Source of the DNA: Candidatus Hydrogenedentota bacterium
GTDB lineage: Bacteria > Hydrogenedentota > Hydrogenedentia > Hydrogenedentales > SLHB01
Length of the DNA: 55,065 nt
Assembly: GCA_034408725.1 (NCBI GenBank)
Contig: JAWXCN010000113.1
Coordinates: forward strand, 1 to 55,065
Reading direction: 5' to 3'
The translations under genes and the position numbers were made by a program. Under the pieces are notes generated by a model. It saw only the letters and a list, made by a program, of their open reading frames with translations. It did no database searches and was not told the origin of the DNA. Below are positions 31,386 through 40,824 of the stretch, one piece after another; positions within the stretch are counted from its first letter, which is position 1, and each line of letters begins with the position of its first letter.

Positions 31386-31405
31386 ATTGGTATAGCTTTC
31401 GCAGC

Positions 31406-32653
31406 TTATGCCGGTTTGGTTCCCGGCACGGGGACCGGACTGGCTGGATACGATTTCTTAAAATCCAGCTCCGCGGGAACGATGCTCAAATCCGATTTCA
31501 TCGCGTCTTCCCACGTAAGCTTTTTGCCGGTATACGCCGACATGCGGCCCATGATCGCCATCATCGTGCTCTCTGCGACCTGCACGCCTTCGTTGATATA
31601 GGGAATCACGCCGCGCACGCTGTTCACACAATCGACGTGCTCCTGCTCATACGGGTCGATCATATTTTCCGGCCGCGTCATCTCGCGGAAATCGACTTTC
31701 CCTTTTGTGCCGAATGCTTGCTCGTACACACCTCCGTCCGCGCCGCCCCAGTGCCGCGAATAGCTGGACACCATCGCGCCATTCGCGTACTCGTAATCAC
31801 AGGAGAAGTTGTCCCACATGTCGCCGTACTTCGGGTCATCGGTTTTCCATGCGCGGCCGCCGGACGCAAACACCGAAACCGGATTCGCCTGCAAAACCCA
31901 GTGCGCGACATCGAGATTGTGGACGTGCTGCTCGACGATATTGTCGCCGCAAATCCAGTTGTACGCGTACCAGTTGCGGATGCAGTTTTCGAGATCGCTC
32001 CATTCGGGCTTGCGCGGATGGCAGAACGGAAGTTCGCCACACCAGTACACGCGCATGGCGACGACGTCGCCAATGGACCCGGCGTGGATGTTTTTGATGG
32101 CTTCCAGGTAGTCGGCGCTGTGACGGCGTTGTGTGCCGGCAACCAGCGTCAGGTTCTTTTCCTTGGCCTTTTCCGCCGCTGCGATAAACTGTCGTATGCC
32201 CGTCGGGTCCACCGCCGCCGGTTTCTCCGTGAACACGTGTTTGCCCGCGTTGATCGCCGCTTCAACGTGCTTCGGGCGCGAATACGGCAGCGTGCCCTCG
32301 ATCAGAATATCGATGTCGGTTTCGAGAATCCCCTTGTAGGCATCCAGTCCGACAAAAATATTCTTCTTCTTGACGTCTACCTTGTTCGAGACCAGTTTAT
32401 TGCCCTTGATATTGTTCAGCGAACCGTTCAACCGATCTTCAAACACATCCGCCATCGCGACCAGTTTGACATTTTCGTTGGCCTTCAGACATTGCGTCGC
32501 CGCGCCTGTCCCGCGGCCACCGCAACCGAGCAGCCCAATCTTCAACGGCTTCGTTTTCGCGGCCTCCGCCGGGTCGGCCAAGAATGCCGCCAACCCAGCC
32601 GCTGCCGTTAACCTCGTGAAATCGCGCCGTGTCATTCCGATTCCCTCGCTCAT
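31406..32653 (-). CDS. Tat-exported Gfo/Idh/MocA oxidoreductase
   Basis: TRRDF Tat motif; GLLGCGGRGTGA, EKP and EQHVHNLD motifs; AGGAGG RBS. Confidence 0.9.
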   Translation of the reverse strand: MSEGIGMTRRDFTRLTAAAGLAAFLADPAEAAKTKPLKIGLLGCGGRGTGAATQCLKANENVKLVAMADVFEDRLNGSLNNIKGNKLVSNKVDVKKKNIFVGLDAYKGILETDIDILIEGTLPYSRPKHVEAAINAGKHVFTEKPAAVDPTGIRQFIAAAEKAKEKNLTLVAGTQRRHSADYLEAIKNIHAGSIGDVVAMRVYWCGELPFCHPRKPEWSDLENCIRNWYAYNWICGDNIVEQHVHNLDVAHWVLQANPVSVFASGGRAWKTDDPKYGDMWDNFSCDYEYANGAMVSSYSRHWGGADGGVYEQAFGTKGKVDFREMTRPENMIDPYEQEHVDCVNSVRGVIPYINEGVQVAESTMMAIMGRMSAYTGKKLTWEDAMKSDLSIVPAELDFKKSYPASPVPVPGTKPA

Positions 32654-32820
32654 AAATGCCTCCTGCATAGTTCCCGGTTGAGAATAGCCCCGCGTTGAAA
32701 TCACACCCAGTGAATCGTGGCAGAATAGCACAAGCCCAGGAACGTTGGCATCCCCTGCGCGTCCCCAATCGTGATAGGGTCTCTGGAATCCAAAATCCAG
32801 AAACCGAATTCGGAGGTTAC

Positions 32821-33216
32821 ATGGAAATCTCTATTGAAAGCGCCAACGCGATGGTCAACGCGTATTTTCCCGGTCTCATCGGTGTGGAATTCACCGAGAC
32901 GGCGCCGGGCCGTTCGGTATGCCGCGCCACGGTCAACACCAAAATGCACAATCCCGGCGGCATACTTCACGGCGGCGTGCCCTACACCCTCGCGGACACC
33001 GGCATGGCCATTGCCCTCATGCAAATGCTCGACGAGGGCCAACGGCTATCAACCCTTGAAATCAAAATGACGTATTTCAAACCTGTCGTGGAAGGCGACA
33101 TCATCTGCACCACGACCGTCGTCAACAAGGGCAAAAGAATCGCGTTTCTCGAATCCGAAGTGACCGATGGCGCGCGCATCGTCGCCAAGGCCACCGGCAC
33201 GTATTACATCGCATAA
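32821..33216 (+). CDS. PaaI-family thioesterase
   Basis: NPGGILHGGVPYTLADT and TLEIKMTYFKP motifs; GGAGG RBS. Confidence 0.9.
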   Translation: MEISIESANAMVNAYFPGLIGVEFTETAPGRSVCRATVNTKMHNPGGILHGGVPYTLADTGMAIALMQMLDEGQRLSTLEIKMTYFKPVVEGDIICTTTVVNKGKRIAFLESEVTDGARIVAKATGTYYIA

Positions 33217-33289
33217 GCGGCGCATTGACAGCATCCCCGTGCGCGCCTAAAATAACGCCTTGCCTCTCCAACCCATAAAGGTGACGACC

Positions 33290-34180
33290 ATGATAGTGCG
33301 AGCATTGACCGTGCTGAGCGTGTGTATTGCGGCCATTTCAGCGCCGGCCTTCGCGGCCGAGGGAAAAACCAAGGTCCTGTTCATTGCGGGAAATCCCAGC
33401 CACGCTCCGGGAGACCACGAACACCGCGCAGGGTGCATGCTCCTCGCCAAGAAACTCGAAGAGGGATTGCCAAACATAGATGCAGAAGTCACCTACTACG
33501 GTTGGCCCAAGGATGAAAAATTGTTCGATGGCGTTGCCGCGGTAGTCATGTACTGCGACGGCGGCGATGGTCATTATGTCAACCAGCACCTCGACTTCAC
33601 GCAGGCGTTAATGGACAAGGGCGTTGGCCTCGTGTGCATTCACTATGGCGTCGAAGTTCCCGCCGAACCCACTGGCGCAAAATTCCTGGACTGGATCGGC
33701 GGATACTTCGAAGCGAACTGGTCCGTGAATCCGCACTGGGACGCCACCTTCAAAAAATTGCCCGATCACCCCATCACGCAAGGCGTCAGCGCGCCGTTTA
33801 CCGTAAACGACGAATGGTACTACCACATGCGGTTTCCAAAGGACATGAAGAACGTCACCCCAATACTCACTGCAAACCCTGGCCCGGACACCCTCACGCG
33901 TCCTGACGGCCCGCATAGCGGAAATCCGCACGCACGCGAAGCCATCGCAAAAGGTGAACCCCAACACGTCGCCTGGGCCATCCAACGCCCGGACGGCGGT
34001 CGCGGCTTCGGATTCACTGGGGGCCACTTCCATCGTAACTGGAAAGACGACAACTTCCGCAAAATCATGCTGAACGCCATCGCATGGTGCGCCAAGCTGG
34101 AAGTTCCCGCCGAGGGCGTGAGCACCAAGACCCCAACCGGCGAGGAAATGAAGGCGAATCTGGACGAGAAAAAGAAATAG
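33290..34180 (+). CDS. Secreted ThuA (class I GATase-like) domain protein
   Basis: Signal peptide; SHAPGDHEH, HPITQGV, DEWYY and RGFGFTGGH motifs. Confidence 0.87.
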   Translation: MIVRALTVLSVCIAAISAPAFAAEGKTKVLFIAGNPSHAPGDHEHRAGCMLLAKKLEEGLPNIDAEVTYYGWPKDEKLFDGVAAVVMYCDGGDGHYVNQHLDFTQALMDKGVGLVCIHYGVEVPAEPTGAKFLDWIGGYFEANWSVNPHWDATFKKLPDHPITQGVSAPFTVNDEWYYHMRFPKDMKNVTPILTANPGPDTLTRPDGPHSGNPHAREAIAKGEPQHVAWAIQRPDGGRGFGFTGGHFHRNWKDDNFRKIMLNAIAWCAKLEVPAEGVSTKTPTGEEMKANLDEKKK

Positions 34181-34244
34181 CCTGCAATCATTTCATTGTG
34201 TTGTTCTGATGGGGGGTGCATTGCGCGCACAAAGTCGTCGTACC

Positions 34245-34395
34245 TAAACAGCCAAAGCGGTGCCTACGCTACCCGCTCCGCCACCGCAGTCCAAATAGTC
34301 CCTCCCCTTACCAGGAAGACTATTTGGACTGCGGCGGCCCCCAAGGCACCGCTTTGGCTGTTTATTACCGATGGCCTACCCCTGCCCTGCGCGCA
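34245..34395. repeat. REPIN-like type II arms arranged back-to-back
   Basis: aaacagccaaagcggtg...ccgcagtccaaatagtc-loop-gactatttggactgcggcggcccccaaggcaccgctttggctgttt. Confidence 0.88.
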
Positions 34396-34409
34396 TAAAC
34401 AGTTATCGG

Positions 34410-36590
34410 TTAAGACGTTTGTTTCCGTGCGTGCGAGAGCACTTTCTTCAGCGCGTCGACTACGTCCTTCACATTCTTGTCCGTCAACCTCGGATGGAGT
34501 GGCAACGACAAAATTGAATCCGATGCGGCGGATGCATTCGGCAAATCGGCGTCCTTCACGCCGAGCTTTTCGCGGTAGTATTTGTGTTTATGGATCGCGG
34601 TGAAGTGAACGCCGGTCCCAATGTTTTCCTGCCGCAACGCGGCCGCGATTTCGTCGCGTGTTGCCTTCAACAGTTCCACCCGCAATTTGACGATCAGCAA
34701 ATGCCAGGCATGCTCTGCGCCTTCGATGATTCGTGGCAGTTCAATTTCCTCGACATCTGACAGCACCGAGTAATACATCCGCGCGATGCGCCGCCGCGCA
34801 GCGATGAACCCTTCCAGTTTCTTCAACTGTTCGATCCCCATTGCCGCGCTGACATTGGTCATGTTGTACTTAAAACCGGGCCGCACCACTTCGGGCGATG
34901 ACGGGGCCACGTCGCCGCTGTAACGGTTCCACGCGAGCGTGCCGAGTCCGTTGTGCGCGAGCAAACGCACAGTGTGCGCCTGATTTTCATCGCGCAATGA
35001 AATCATTCCTCCCTCGATCGTCGTAATGTTCTTCACGGGATAAAAACTAAAACACGTCTGCCCGCCGCAGTTGCCAATCTTCTTACCCTTGTACGTCGCG
35101 CCCAACGCATGCGCGGCGTCTTCGATCACCGCGACGCCATGCTTCTGTCCTATCGCGTAGATCGCGTCAAGATCGCAGGGCTGGCCAGCGAGATGCACAG
35201 GCATGATCGCCTTCGTGCGCGGCGTGATCGCGCGTTCGATGGCCACGGGGTCGATGTTCAATGTGTCCTGCAAGACATCCGCGAGCACGAGTTTCGCCCC
35301 CATGTTTACGACCGTGTTCGCGGTCGATACCCACGTTATCGGCGATGTGATAACCTCGTCGCCCGCCTTAATGCCGGCTTCCACCAACGATACATGCAGC
35401 GCCGCGGTACACGACGACACTGCCACCGCGTGCGGCGCGCCGACGGTATCCGCAAAAGCTTTCTCGAATTCCGTCACCTTGGCGCCGGTGGTGAGCCAGC
35501 CACTGCGCAACACGTTGAAAACGGCCAGCTCTTCTTCCTCGCCGATCGATGGCGGCGATAGTGGAATGAAGCGTGGCGCGACCGGTTCACCGCCGATGGA
35601 CACTGGGAGGCTGAGCAGTTCCTTCATTCGCCGCACGTTGAAATGGATCGTCGAGAACGGATCAATGGTTTCATCGCGCAACCAGCCACGGATTTCGAGC
35701 GCACCGCGTTCCGCGCTCCACTCCGGCTCGAAGCCCAGCACCCGCTGGATTTTTCCGAACTGAACATTGTAGCTGCGCAGGTCTTCGTCTTCCTTGACGA
35801 CGTCCACATTTACATTGTCAACCAGTCCGGAGATCAATTGCGCAAGATCAATGATCCGGTAATTGTTCCGGTCAGACCCCAGATTAAAGATTTGTCCGCC
35901 CACGTCCTTCGCGGGCGCATCGATCATGTCCGAAAACGCGCGCGCCGCATCGCGCACGTGCACAAACGGCCGCCACTGGCTTCCGCCGCCATAGACGTTG
36001 ATAACCCGATTGCGCGAGGCCGTCGCGACCATAAGATTGATTGCGAGATCGAACCGCATCCGCGGCGACCACCCGAACAACGTCGCGGGCCGTGCGATCA
36101 CGGGTTGAAACGTGTCGCTAGCCAGCGCGAGCAGCGCGTGTTCGGATTCCAATTTGCTTTGCGCGTACACCGACACAGGGTTCGTCGGGCTGTGCTCATC
36201 CAACATTTCGAACACGCCCTTGCCATACACGCTGCACGACGACGCAAATGCGAACCGCCGCGCGCCCGCTTCAATGGCCCGCAACGCCAGCAACTTGGTG
36301 CCTTCGAGGTTCACGTCCAAAGCCATCAGCGGGTCCAGGTCGCAGGACGGGTCGTTCGCCAAACCCGCCAGATGCACAACCCCCTCGACGCCGTCGAGCA
36401 ATTTCGGGGCGGCATCCAGATGCCGGATGTCGCCGGTGACCATCTCGACGCCCAAATTCACCAATTCTTTAGCGGGCGCATCCCCGAAGCACAGCCGGTC
36501 GAAAACCCGCACCCGATGTCCTCGTTCGAGCAACAGCCGAACCACATGATTCCCAAGGTACCCCGCACCGCCCGTGACTAAAACCAACAT
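34410..36590 (-). CDS. Fusion of NAD-dependent epimerase/dehydratase (extended SDR) and DegT/DnrJ/ArnB-type PLP sugar aminotransferase
   Basis: TGGAGYLG, YAQSK and RPFVHVRD in the N-half; SSCTAALH, EDAAHA and SFYPVKNITTIEGG in the C-half. Confidence 0.9.
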   Translation of the reverse strand: MLVLVTGGAGYLGNHVVRLLLERGHRVRVFDRLCFGDAPAKELVNLGVEMVTGDIRHLDAAPKLLDGVEGVVHLAGLANDPSCDLDPLMALDVNLEGTKLLALRAIEAGARRFAFASSCSVYGKGVFEMLDEHSPTNPVSVYAQSKLESEHALLALASDTFQPVIARPATLFGWSPRMRFDLAINLMVATASRNRVINVYGGGSQWRPFVHVRDAARAFSDMIDAPAKDVGGQIFNLGSDRNNYRIIDLAQLISGLVDNVNVDVVKEDEDLRSYNVQFGKIQRVLGFEPEWSAERGALEIRGWLRDETIDPFSTIHFNVRRMKELLSLPVSIGGEPVAPRFIPLSPPSIGEEEELAVFNVLRSGWLTTGAKVTEFEKAFADTVGAPHAVAVSSCTAALHVSLVEAGIKAGDEVITSPITWVSTANTVVNMGAKLVLADVLQDTLNIDPVAIERAITPRTKAIMPVHLAGQPCDLDAIYAIGQKHGVAVIEDAAHALGATYKGKKIGNCGGQTCFSFYPVKNITTIEGGMISLRDENQAHTVRLLAHNGLGTLAWNRYSGDVAPSSPEVVRPGFKYNMTNVSAAMGIEQLKKLEGFIAARRRIARMYYSVLSDVEEIELPRIIEGAEHAWHLLIVKLRVELLKATRDEIAAALRQENIGTGVHFTAIHKHKYYREKLGVKDADLPNASAASDSILSLPLHPRLTDKNVKDVVDALKKVLSHARKQTS

Positions 36591-36752
36591 GAAACGACCC
36601 CTCTGCACCGCCTGAAACCCGTAATGGACACGGAGTATATCAAGTTCAAGAAACGTTTTATCTGAATAGTCAGGACAGCAGCATCACGGCTTACTATTGA
36701 CAAATAGTGCTAAACAGGCATACGGTATCGCCATAAGTAAGGATAATTGGAA

Positions 36753-37322
36753 ATGTCGCATCGATTGCTTTCTCTAAGTTTCGTTGCCTTCGCCGTATTT
36801 GCACTTCCCGCGACCATCGCCGAGGAAGGCGCCGGGTACACGCTGATGAACGGGTTCGATGAGGGGCGCTGGCGCGTCGAAGCTGGCGCGTCGACCGGGG
36901 TCCGTTCCGGCAACCGCTCCCGCACCAATGACATCCTCGCGACGGGCAATGTGGAATATGAATGGCCCATCTATGCGCGATGCACGCTTGGGCTTCGCGC
37001 CTACCCGCTATTTCTGTACAAGCAAGACGACCCCGATGAAACTTTGTGGGGCGGCGGCGTGGGCGCGGTTGGCCGCGTGTACCAACACGCAGGGGTGCGC
37101 AACGGCTGGTTTGGTGAAGCCGGCGCGGGCATGATCTGGCATTCGAATCACATCGAAGGAAATTCCGCTTCGATGGATTTCCTGCTCGAAACGGGCGTCG
37201 GATACCAGTTTCAGAACAACTGGCACGTTACGCTGCAGTTTTCGCATATCTCGAACGGCGGGCTGGGCGATACGAATGCCGGCGCGAACAGTCTCGGGTT
37301 GGCCGTCGGATATACTTTTTAA
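36753..37322 (+). CDS. Acyloxyacyl hydrolase / PagL-like outer-membrane beta-barrel
   Basis: Signal peptide; HISNG catalytic motif; C-terminal Phe (GYTF). Confidence 0.8.
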   Translation: MSHRLLSLSFVAFAVFALPATIAEEGAGYTLMNGFDEGRWRVEAGASTGVRSGNRSRTNDILATGNVEYEWPIYARCTLGLRAYPLFLYKQDDPDETLWGGGVGAVGRVYQHAGVRNGWFGEAGAGMIWHSNHIEGNSASMDFLLETGVGYQFQNNWHVTLQFSHISNGGLGDTNAGANSLGLAVGYTF

Positions 37323-37331
37323 CCGACAAGC

Positions 37332-39173
37332 CTACTTCTTCGGTTTGCTCTTCCCTGCCTTCGATCCCGATGGCAATTGCGCGACGTATCCCGCCGCGGC
37401 GGCGTTTGACGTTTTCGCGGGCGTGCCGGAGTAGGTATTCGCATCATCGGCGGCCGATGCGCGCGCGCCTTCAAACGATACAATGCTGATCGCCAAATTC
37501 TCCTTCGAGGCGTTCGGCGTCGTTTCTACCTGCCACAGCATGGGCGCGGGCGATGCAAGGTCCAGTGGCCGCGCGAAGAAATCCCTGCGCGCCACGGCAT
37601 CGGCGACCGCCTTCCGCGCGCCGGCGGAAGGACTGCCGATTACTTCCACGGGCGCGCCACAAAACGCGATGGCCGTTGCCGTTTCATCGCTGATATCTTT
37701 TCCGCGCGCCGCGTCAAACCGGATGGGTGCAGTCACGACGTTGTACTCACCCAACCGTGCAGTGGCCGCGGCCGCGGCAAGCCATTCGTCACGTCCGCCA
37801 CCCAACGCGCCTTGCGATGCGGCGAAGACAGGCGCGCCGCCCGAGGCGGCGATCATCATGTCCATCGCAAGCGCATCGGCGCGCGCGCGCGTGATATTGA
37901 AATTTTTCAAGACTTCGTTGGGAATACGCGATGGCGAAACGGCGTAGAAATCAAAGCCCCACCCGGCAATTTTCTTCATGCGGGCCACTCCGTGGGCCAT
38001 GCCCTCGGGGACCGCGGGATTCACCCATATTTGGCCGTCTTCCGATTTCGCCGACCAGGCATCATTCATTTCCGCTATTGCGAGCGGATCAACCGTAATA
38101 CCCGCCGCCCCGCCTTGACGAAGCTGCGAAGCGACGCCACGCATCTCCCGCGGCCATGCGGGGGCCGCGCCGTCCTGAGAACCTCCCCGCGCCTCCCAGG
38201 TCACCGGCACAAGTGCCGCGCCAATACCGCCCCAGTCCGTCCGGGCAGCCTGCAAATCTGCAAAGGATTCACCATCCGGCACAGTCACCCAAGCGTTCGG
38301 TACGGAATCCGGCTGGGCGGGCTTCGGGAAATTCTTACAAGCGTGGGCGTAGAACAGATCGACGTCTTTTTGGGTCGGCGTAATAAAACTGATCCACGTG
38401 GCGTCGCCCTTGATGGTCTGACCCGGCTCGACGCGCACCGGAGGGTCGAAAACACTGGTGACAGAACCCTGCCACGCGCCGGAAAACGGTTGAAGTTCCA
38501 CCGTCGTTTTGGACTGTCCGTTGGACAACGATCCCATACCCAGCAGCAGGCCGGTGGCCGGGTCGTGAATGAACGTCGCGTAAGGCGCGGCATCAGGCGA
38601 ATACACCGGACAGGGACCCTGCATGGTGAATCGCCGATGCGAGACCGTTGTTTGAGTGCCCAGCGATTTCAGGCTACCCGGCGGAATAATCACTGAACTG
38701 ATCTTTGCGACCTCGATCGGGGCCGTGCCCACGTTTTTTACTTCCAGCCGCAACAGGTAAAAAGGATGTTCGCTGTGATACGCGACGGAATGGCGCAACG
38801 AAATCCCATCTTTCGGCGGGATATTCACGATGTACTCGATGCCCGGTCCCAACTCACCGGTGTAAGCGTTCCGATTGGTCACGCCCACGCCGTGCAAGGC
38901 GGATTCGATGGTTTTACCATCGGCGAACGTTACGGACGAATTCACCTTGTCCATGAGCAGGTCGTCGGCTTTGGTTAGCGACCACTGCCCATTATCACCG
39001 CCATAAATAAATTGAAACCCTTCCGGCGCGAAGGTGTAATGGTCCCGCAATTTCCAAGGCAACAGCCGCGGTTCCGGTGCTCCGCCGTCTTTAGCCGCTC
39101 CGGCGGCTGCGAACAAAGGCGTGGCGAGGACACACAGGTACGCGCAAACGAGCAGGCGGGAAAGTTGCAGCAT
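37332..39173 (-). CDS. Secreted hypothetical protein resembling a degenerate GH36/GH27 alpha-galactosidase
   Basis: Signal peptide; VNPAVPEG...KKIAGWGFDFY resembles the LDPT-P...WGFDYxKxD region of clan GH-D. Confidence 0.5.
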   Translation of the reverse strand: MLQLSRLLVCAYLCVLATPLFAAAGAAKDGGAPEPRLLPWKLRDHYTFAPEGFQFIYGGDNGQWSLTKADDLLMDKVNSSVTFADGKTIESALHGVGVTNRNAYTGELGPGIEYIVNIPPKDGISLRHSVAYHSEHPFYLLRLEVKNVGTAPIEVAKISSVIIPPGSLKSLGTQTTVSHRRFTMQGPCPVYSPDAAPYATFIHDPATGLLLGMGSLSNGQSKTTVELQPFSGAWQGSVTSVFDPPVRVEPGQTIKGDATWISFITPTQKDVDLFYAHACKNFPKPAQPDSVPNAWVTVPDGESFADLQAARTDWGGIGAALVPVTWEARGGSQDGAAPAWPREMRGVASQLRQGGAAGITVDPLAIAEMNDAWSAKSEDGQIWVNPAVPEGMAHGVARMKKIAGWGFDFYAVSPSRIPNEVLKNFNITRARADALAMDMMIAASGGAPVFAASQGALGGGRDEWLAAAAATARLGEYNVVTAPIRFDAARGKDISDETATAIAFCGAPVEVIGSPSAGARKAVADAVARRDFFARPLDLASPAPMLWQVETTPNASKENLAISIVSFEGARASAADDANTYSGTPAKTSNAAAAGYVAQLPSGSKAGKSKPKK

Positions 39174-39288
39174 GAAGAATTCTCCAAAAAATACGGGCTT
39201 GCGGCAGAGTATAGCAGAACTGCGCGAAGCCGCCCTTGATTGCGCGCCGCGCCGCTCCTACAATCACCTTTCATTGGAGACTGTGTCA

Positions 39289-40389
39289 ATGTCAGCAGCA
39301 AATGAGATGTTTGAACGCCTCGAATCCGTGCTCGAAGATTGGGCGGCGGACGTCTCGTCCACCCATCAACAGCTTGCCGGCCGGGTTGATTCCGTCAGGG
39401 CCCGGCTGGAAGAAACGCCTGAGAGGTCGTTCGAACTCGAGCAGGTTTCCGCGGCGTTGCAGTCGAGCAAGGCGCATTTCGCAACCCTGCAAGAAACCCT
39501 GCGTCAATGCGCGGATGCATCGCGCCAGGCCGTCGACCGCACCGAAGCATTGGAAAAGGCCCTCGAAATCCTCGACGAAGACGTGCGCGGTCTCAAGAAC
39601 GCGGCGTTGCACGCGAGCGGCGAACAGGGTTCGTTTGAAGGACTCGAACCCGTGTCCCTTACGGATGCCGTAAACGAATTGCGCGCCGCAGTCGATGATC
39701 AGGCCACCCAACTCGCGCGGCTCGAACAGCAACTCGCAACTTCGGTCAACAGTGCTGGACCATCCCAACAACAATGGTCGCGGCTGGAACGCGATCTCGC
39801 CAGGCTCCGGGGCGAAATGCATCGCCTTCGCGGCATCTCGGCGGGTACGGCATCCGCCCAACCCGCCGCGTTCTCCGGCACGTTTGACGAGGTTGCCACG
39901 GCGGAAGAGTCCGTCGATCTCGATATAACAGGTTTCGACAATGCGGGCCGCCGCCGCCGCATGGGTGAGATTCTCGTGGAAGCCGGCGTGCTAACCCCGC
40001 AACAGCTCGAACGCGCGCTAACAATTCAACAGGAACAACCCCAGCGGCGGCTCGGGTCGATCCTAATCGAATTGGGATATACCGAGGCCAACGCAGTGGC
40101 GCAAGTTCTGGCAAGCCAGGCGCGAGTGCCGTTTGTGCGCCTGGATCGCGATGAACCTGACCCCACCGCGGTGCGTCTCGTGAGCGAACGGCTTGCGGCG
40201 CACCACATCTGCATTCCGTTGCGGCTTGATGACGAGCGCATCGTGCTGGCAATGGCGAACCCGATGGACCTCATCGCGATTGAAGATATCGAGCACGCCA
40301 CGGGTCGCGGCGTGGATGCTACCGCGGCCAGCGCGGAAGGAATTCAGCAAGCGATTAAGGCCTATTACAGCGGCGAGGGTCGCGGATGA
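39289..40389 (+). CDS. Coiled-coil protein with C-terminal MshEN/GspE-N domain and no ATPase
   Basis: RMGEILVEAGVLTPQQLERALTIQ and RLGSILIELGY; LAMANPMD; no Walker A motif. Confidence 0.85.
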   Translation: MSAANEMFERLESVLEDWAADVSSTHQQLAGRVDSVRARLEETPERSFELEQVSAALQSSKAHFATLQETLRQCADASRQAVDRTEALEKALEILDEDVRGLKNAALHASGEQGSFEGLEPVSLTDAVNELRAAVDDQATQLARLEQQLATSVNSAGPSQQQWSRLERDLARLRGEMHRLRGISAGTASAQPAAFSGTFDEVATAEESVDLDITGFDNAGRRRRMGEILVEAGVLTPQQLERALTIQQEQPQRRLGSILIELGYTEANAVAQVLASQARVPFVRLDRDEPDPTAVRLVSERLAAHHICIPLRLDDERIVLAMANPMDLIAIEDIEHATGRGVDATAASAEGIQQAIKAYYSGEGRG

Positions 40390-40628
40390 ATTCGTTAATC
40401 ATTGCGGGACTGTGTCTCGCGCCGATCTTGCTCTATCTGCTGCACAGGCTTTTGCTGTGGATGGAACAGAAAGGCTGGATTTACTATTGGCACAAGAGCG
40501 GCTCGGGAGGCATCGGCAACGCAATAATGCCGATCCAGGCGATATTTCAACCCGAAATACGTTACACGCTCGAAGAACAGACCAGACAACACGTTGAGAA
40601 CGAAGACGCGGGCGACCCATTACGTTAG
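40386..40628 (+). CDS. Small membrane hypothetical protein
   Basis: ATGA overlap with the upstream gene; N-terminal TM segment; LWMEQKGWIYY. Confidence 0.6.
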   Translation: MNSLIIAGLCLAPILLYLLHRLLLWMEQKGWIYYWHKSGSGGIGNAIMPIQAIFQPEIRYTLEEQTRQHVENEDAGDPLR

Positions 40629-40680
40629 TGTCATGAATCCCAAATCCTTGGCAAAAGTCACACGCATAATCCGATCTTCA

Positions 40681-40715
40681 AAGTCCCCCTTTGAAGGGGG
40701 ATTTAGGGGGATGTA
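40681..40715. repeat. CCCCCTT/AAGGGGG-type REP, single copy
   Basis: aagtccccctttgaagggggatttagggggatgta is identical to 45000-45034. Confidence 0.88.
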
Positions 40716-40824
40716 AAGTCAGATTTCCAAACTTCATATCGAACGAATCTCAAATTCAGGACGTTAGGCGGTTGCGCGCTTCGTAGCGCCCCGGTCGCCC
40801 GCCGTCGCTTGGGAACGAGGAAGC

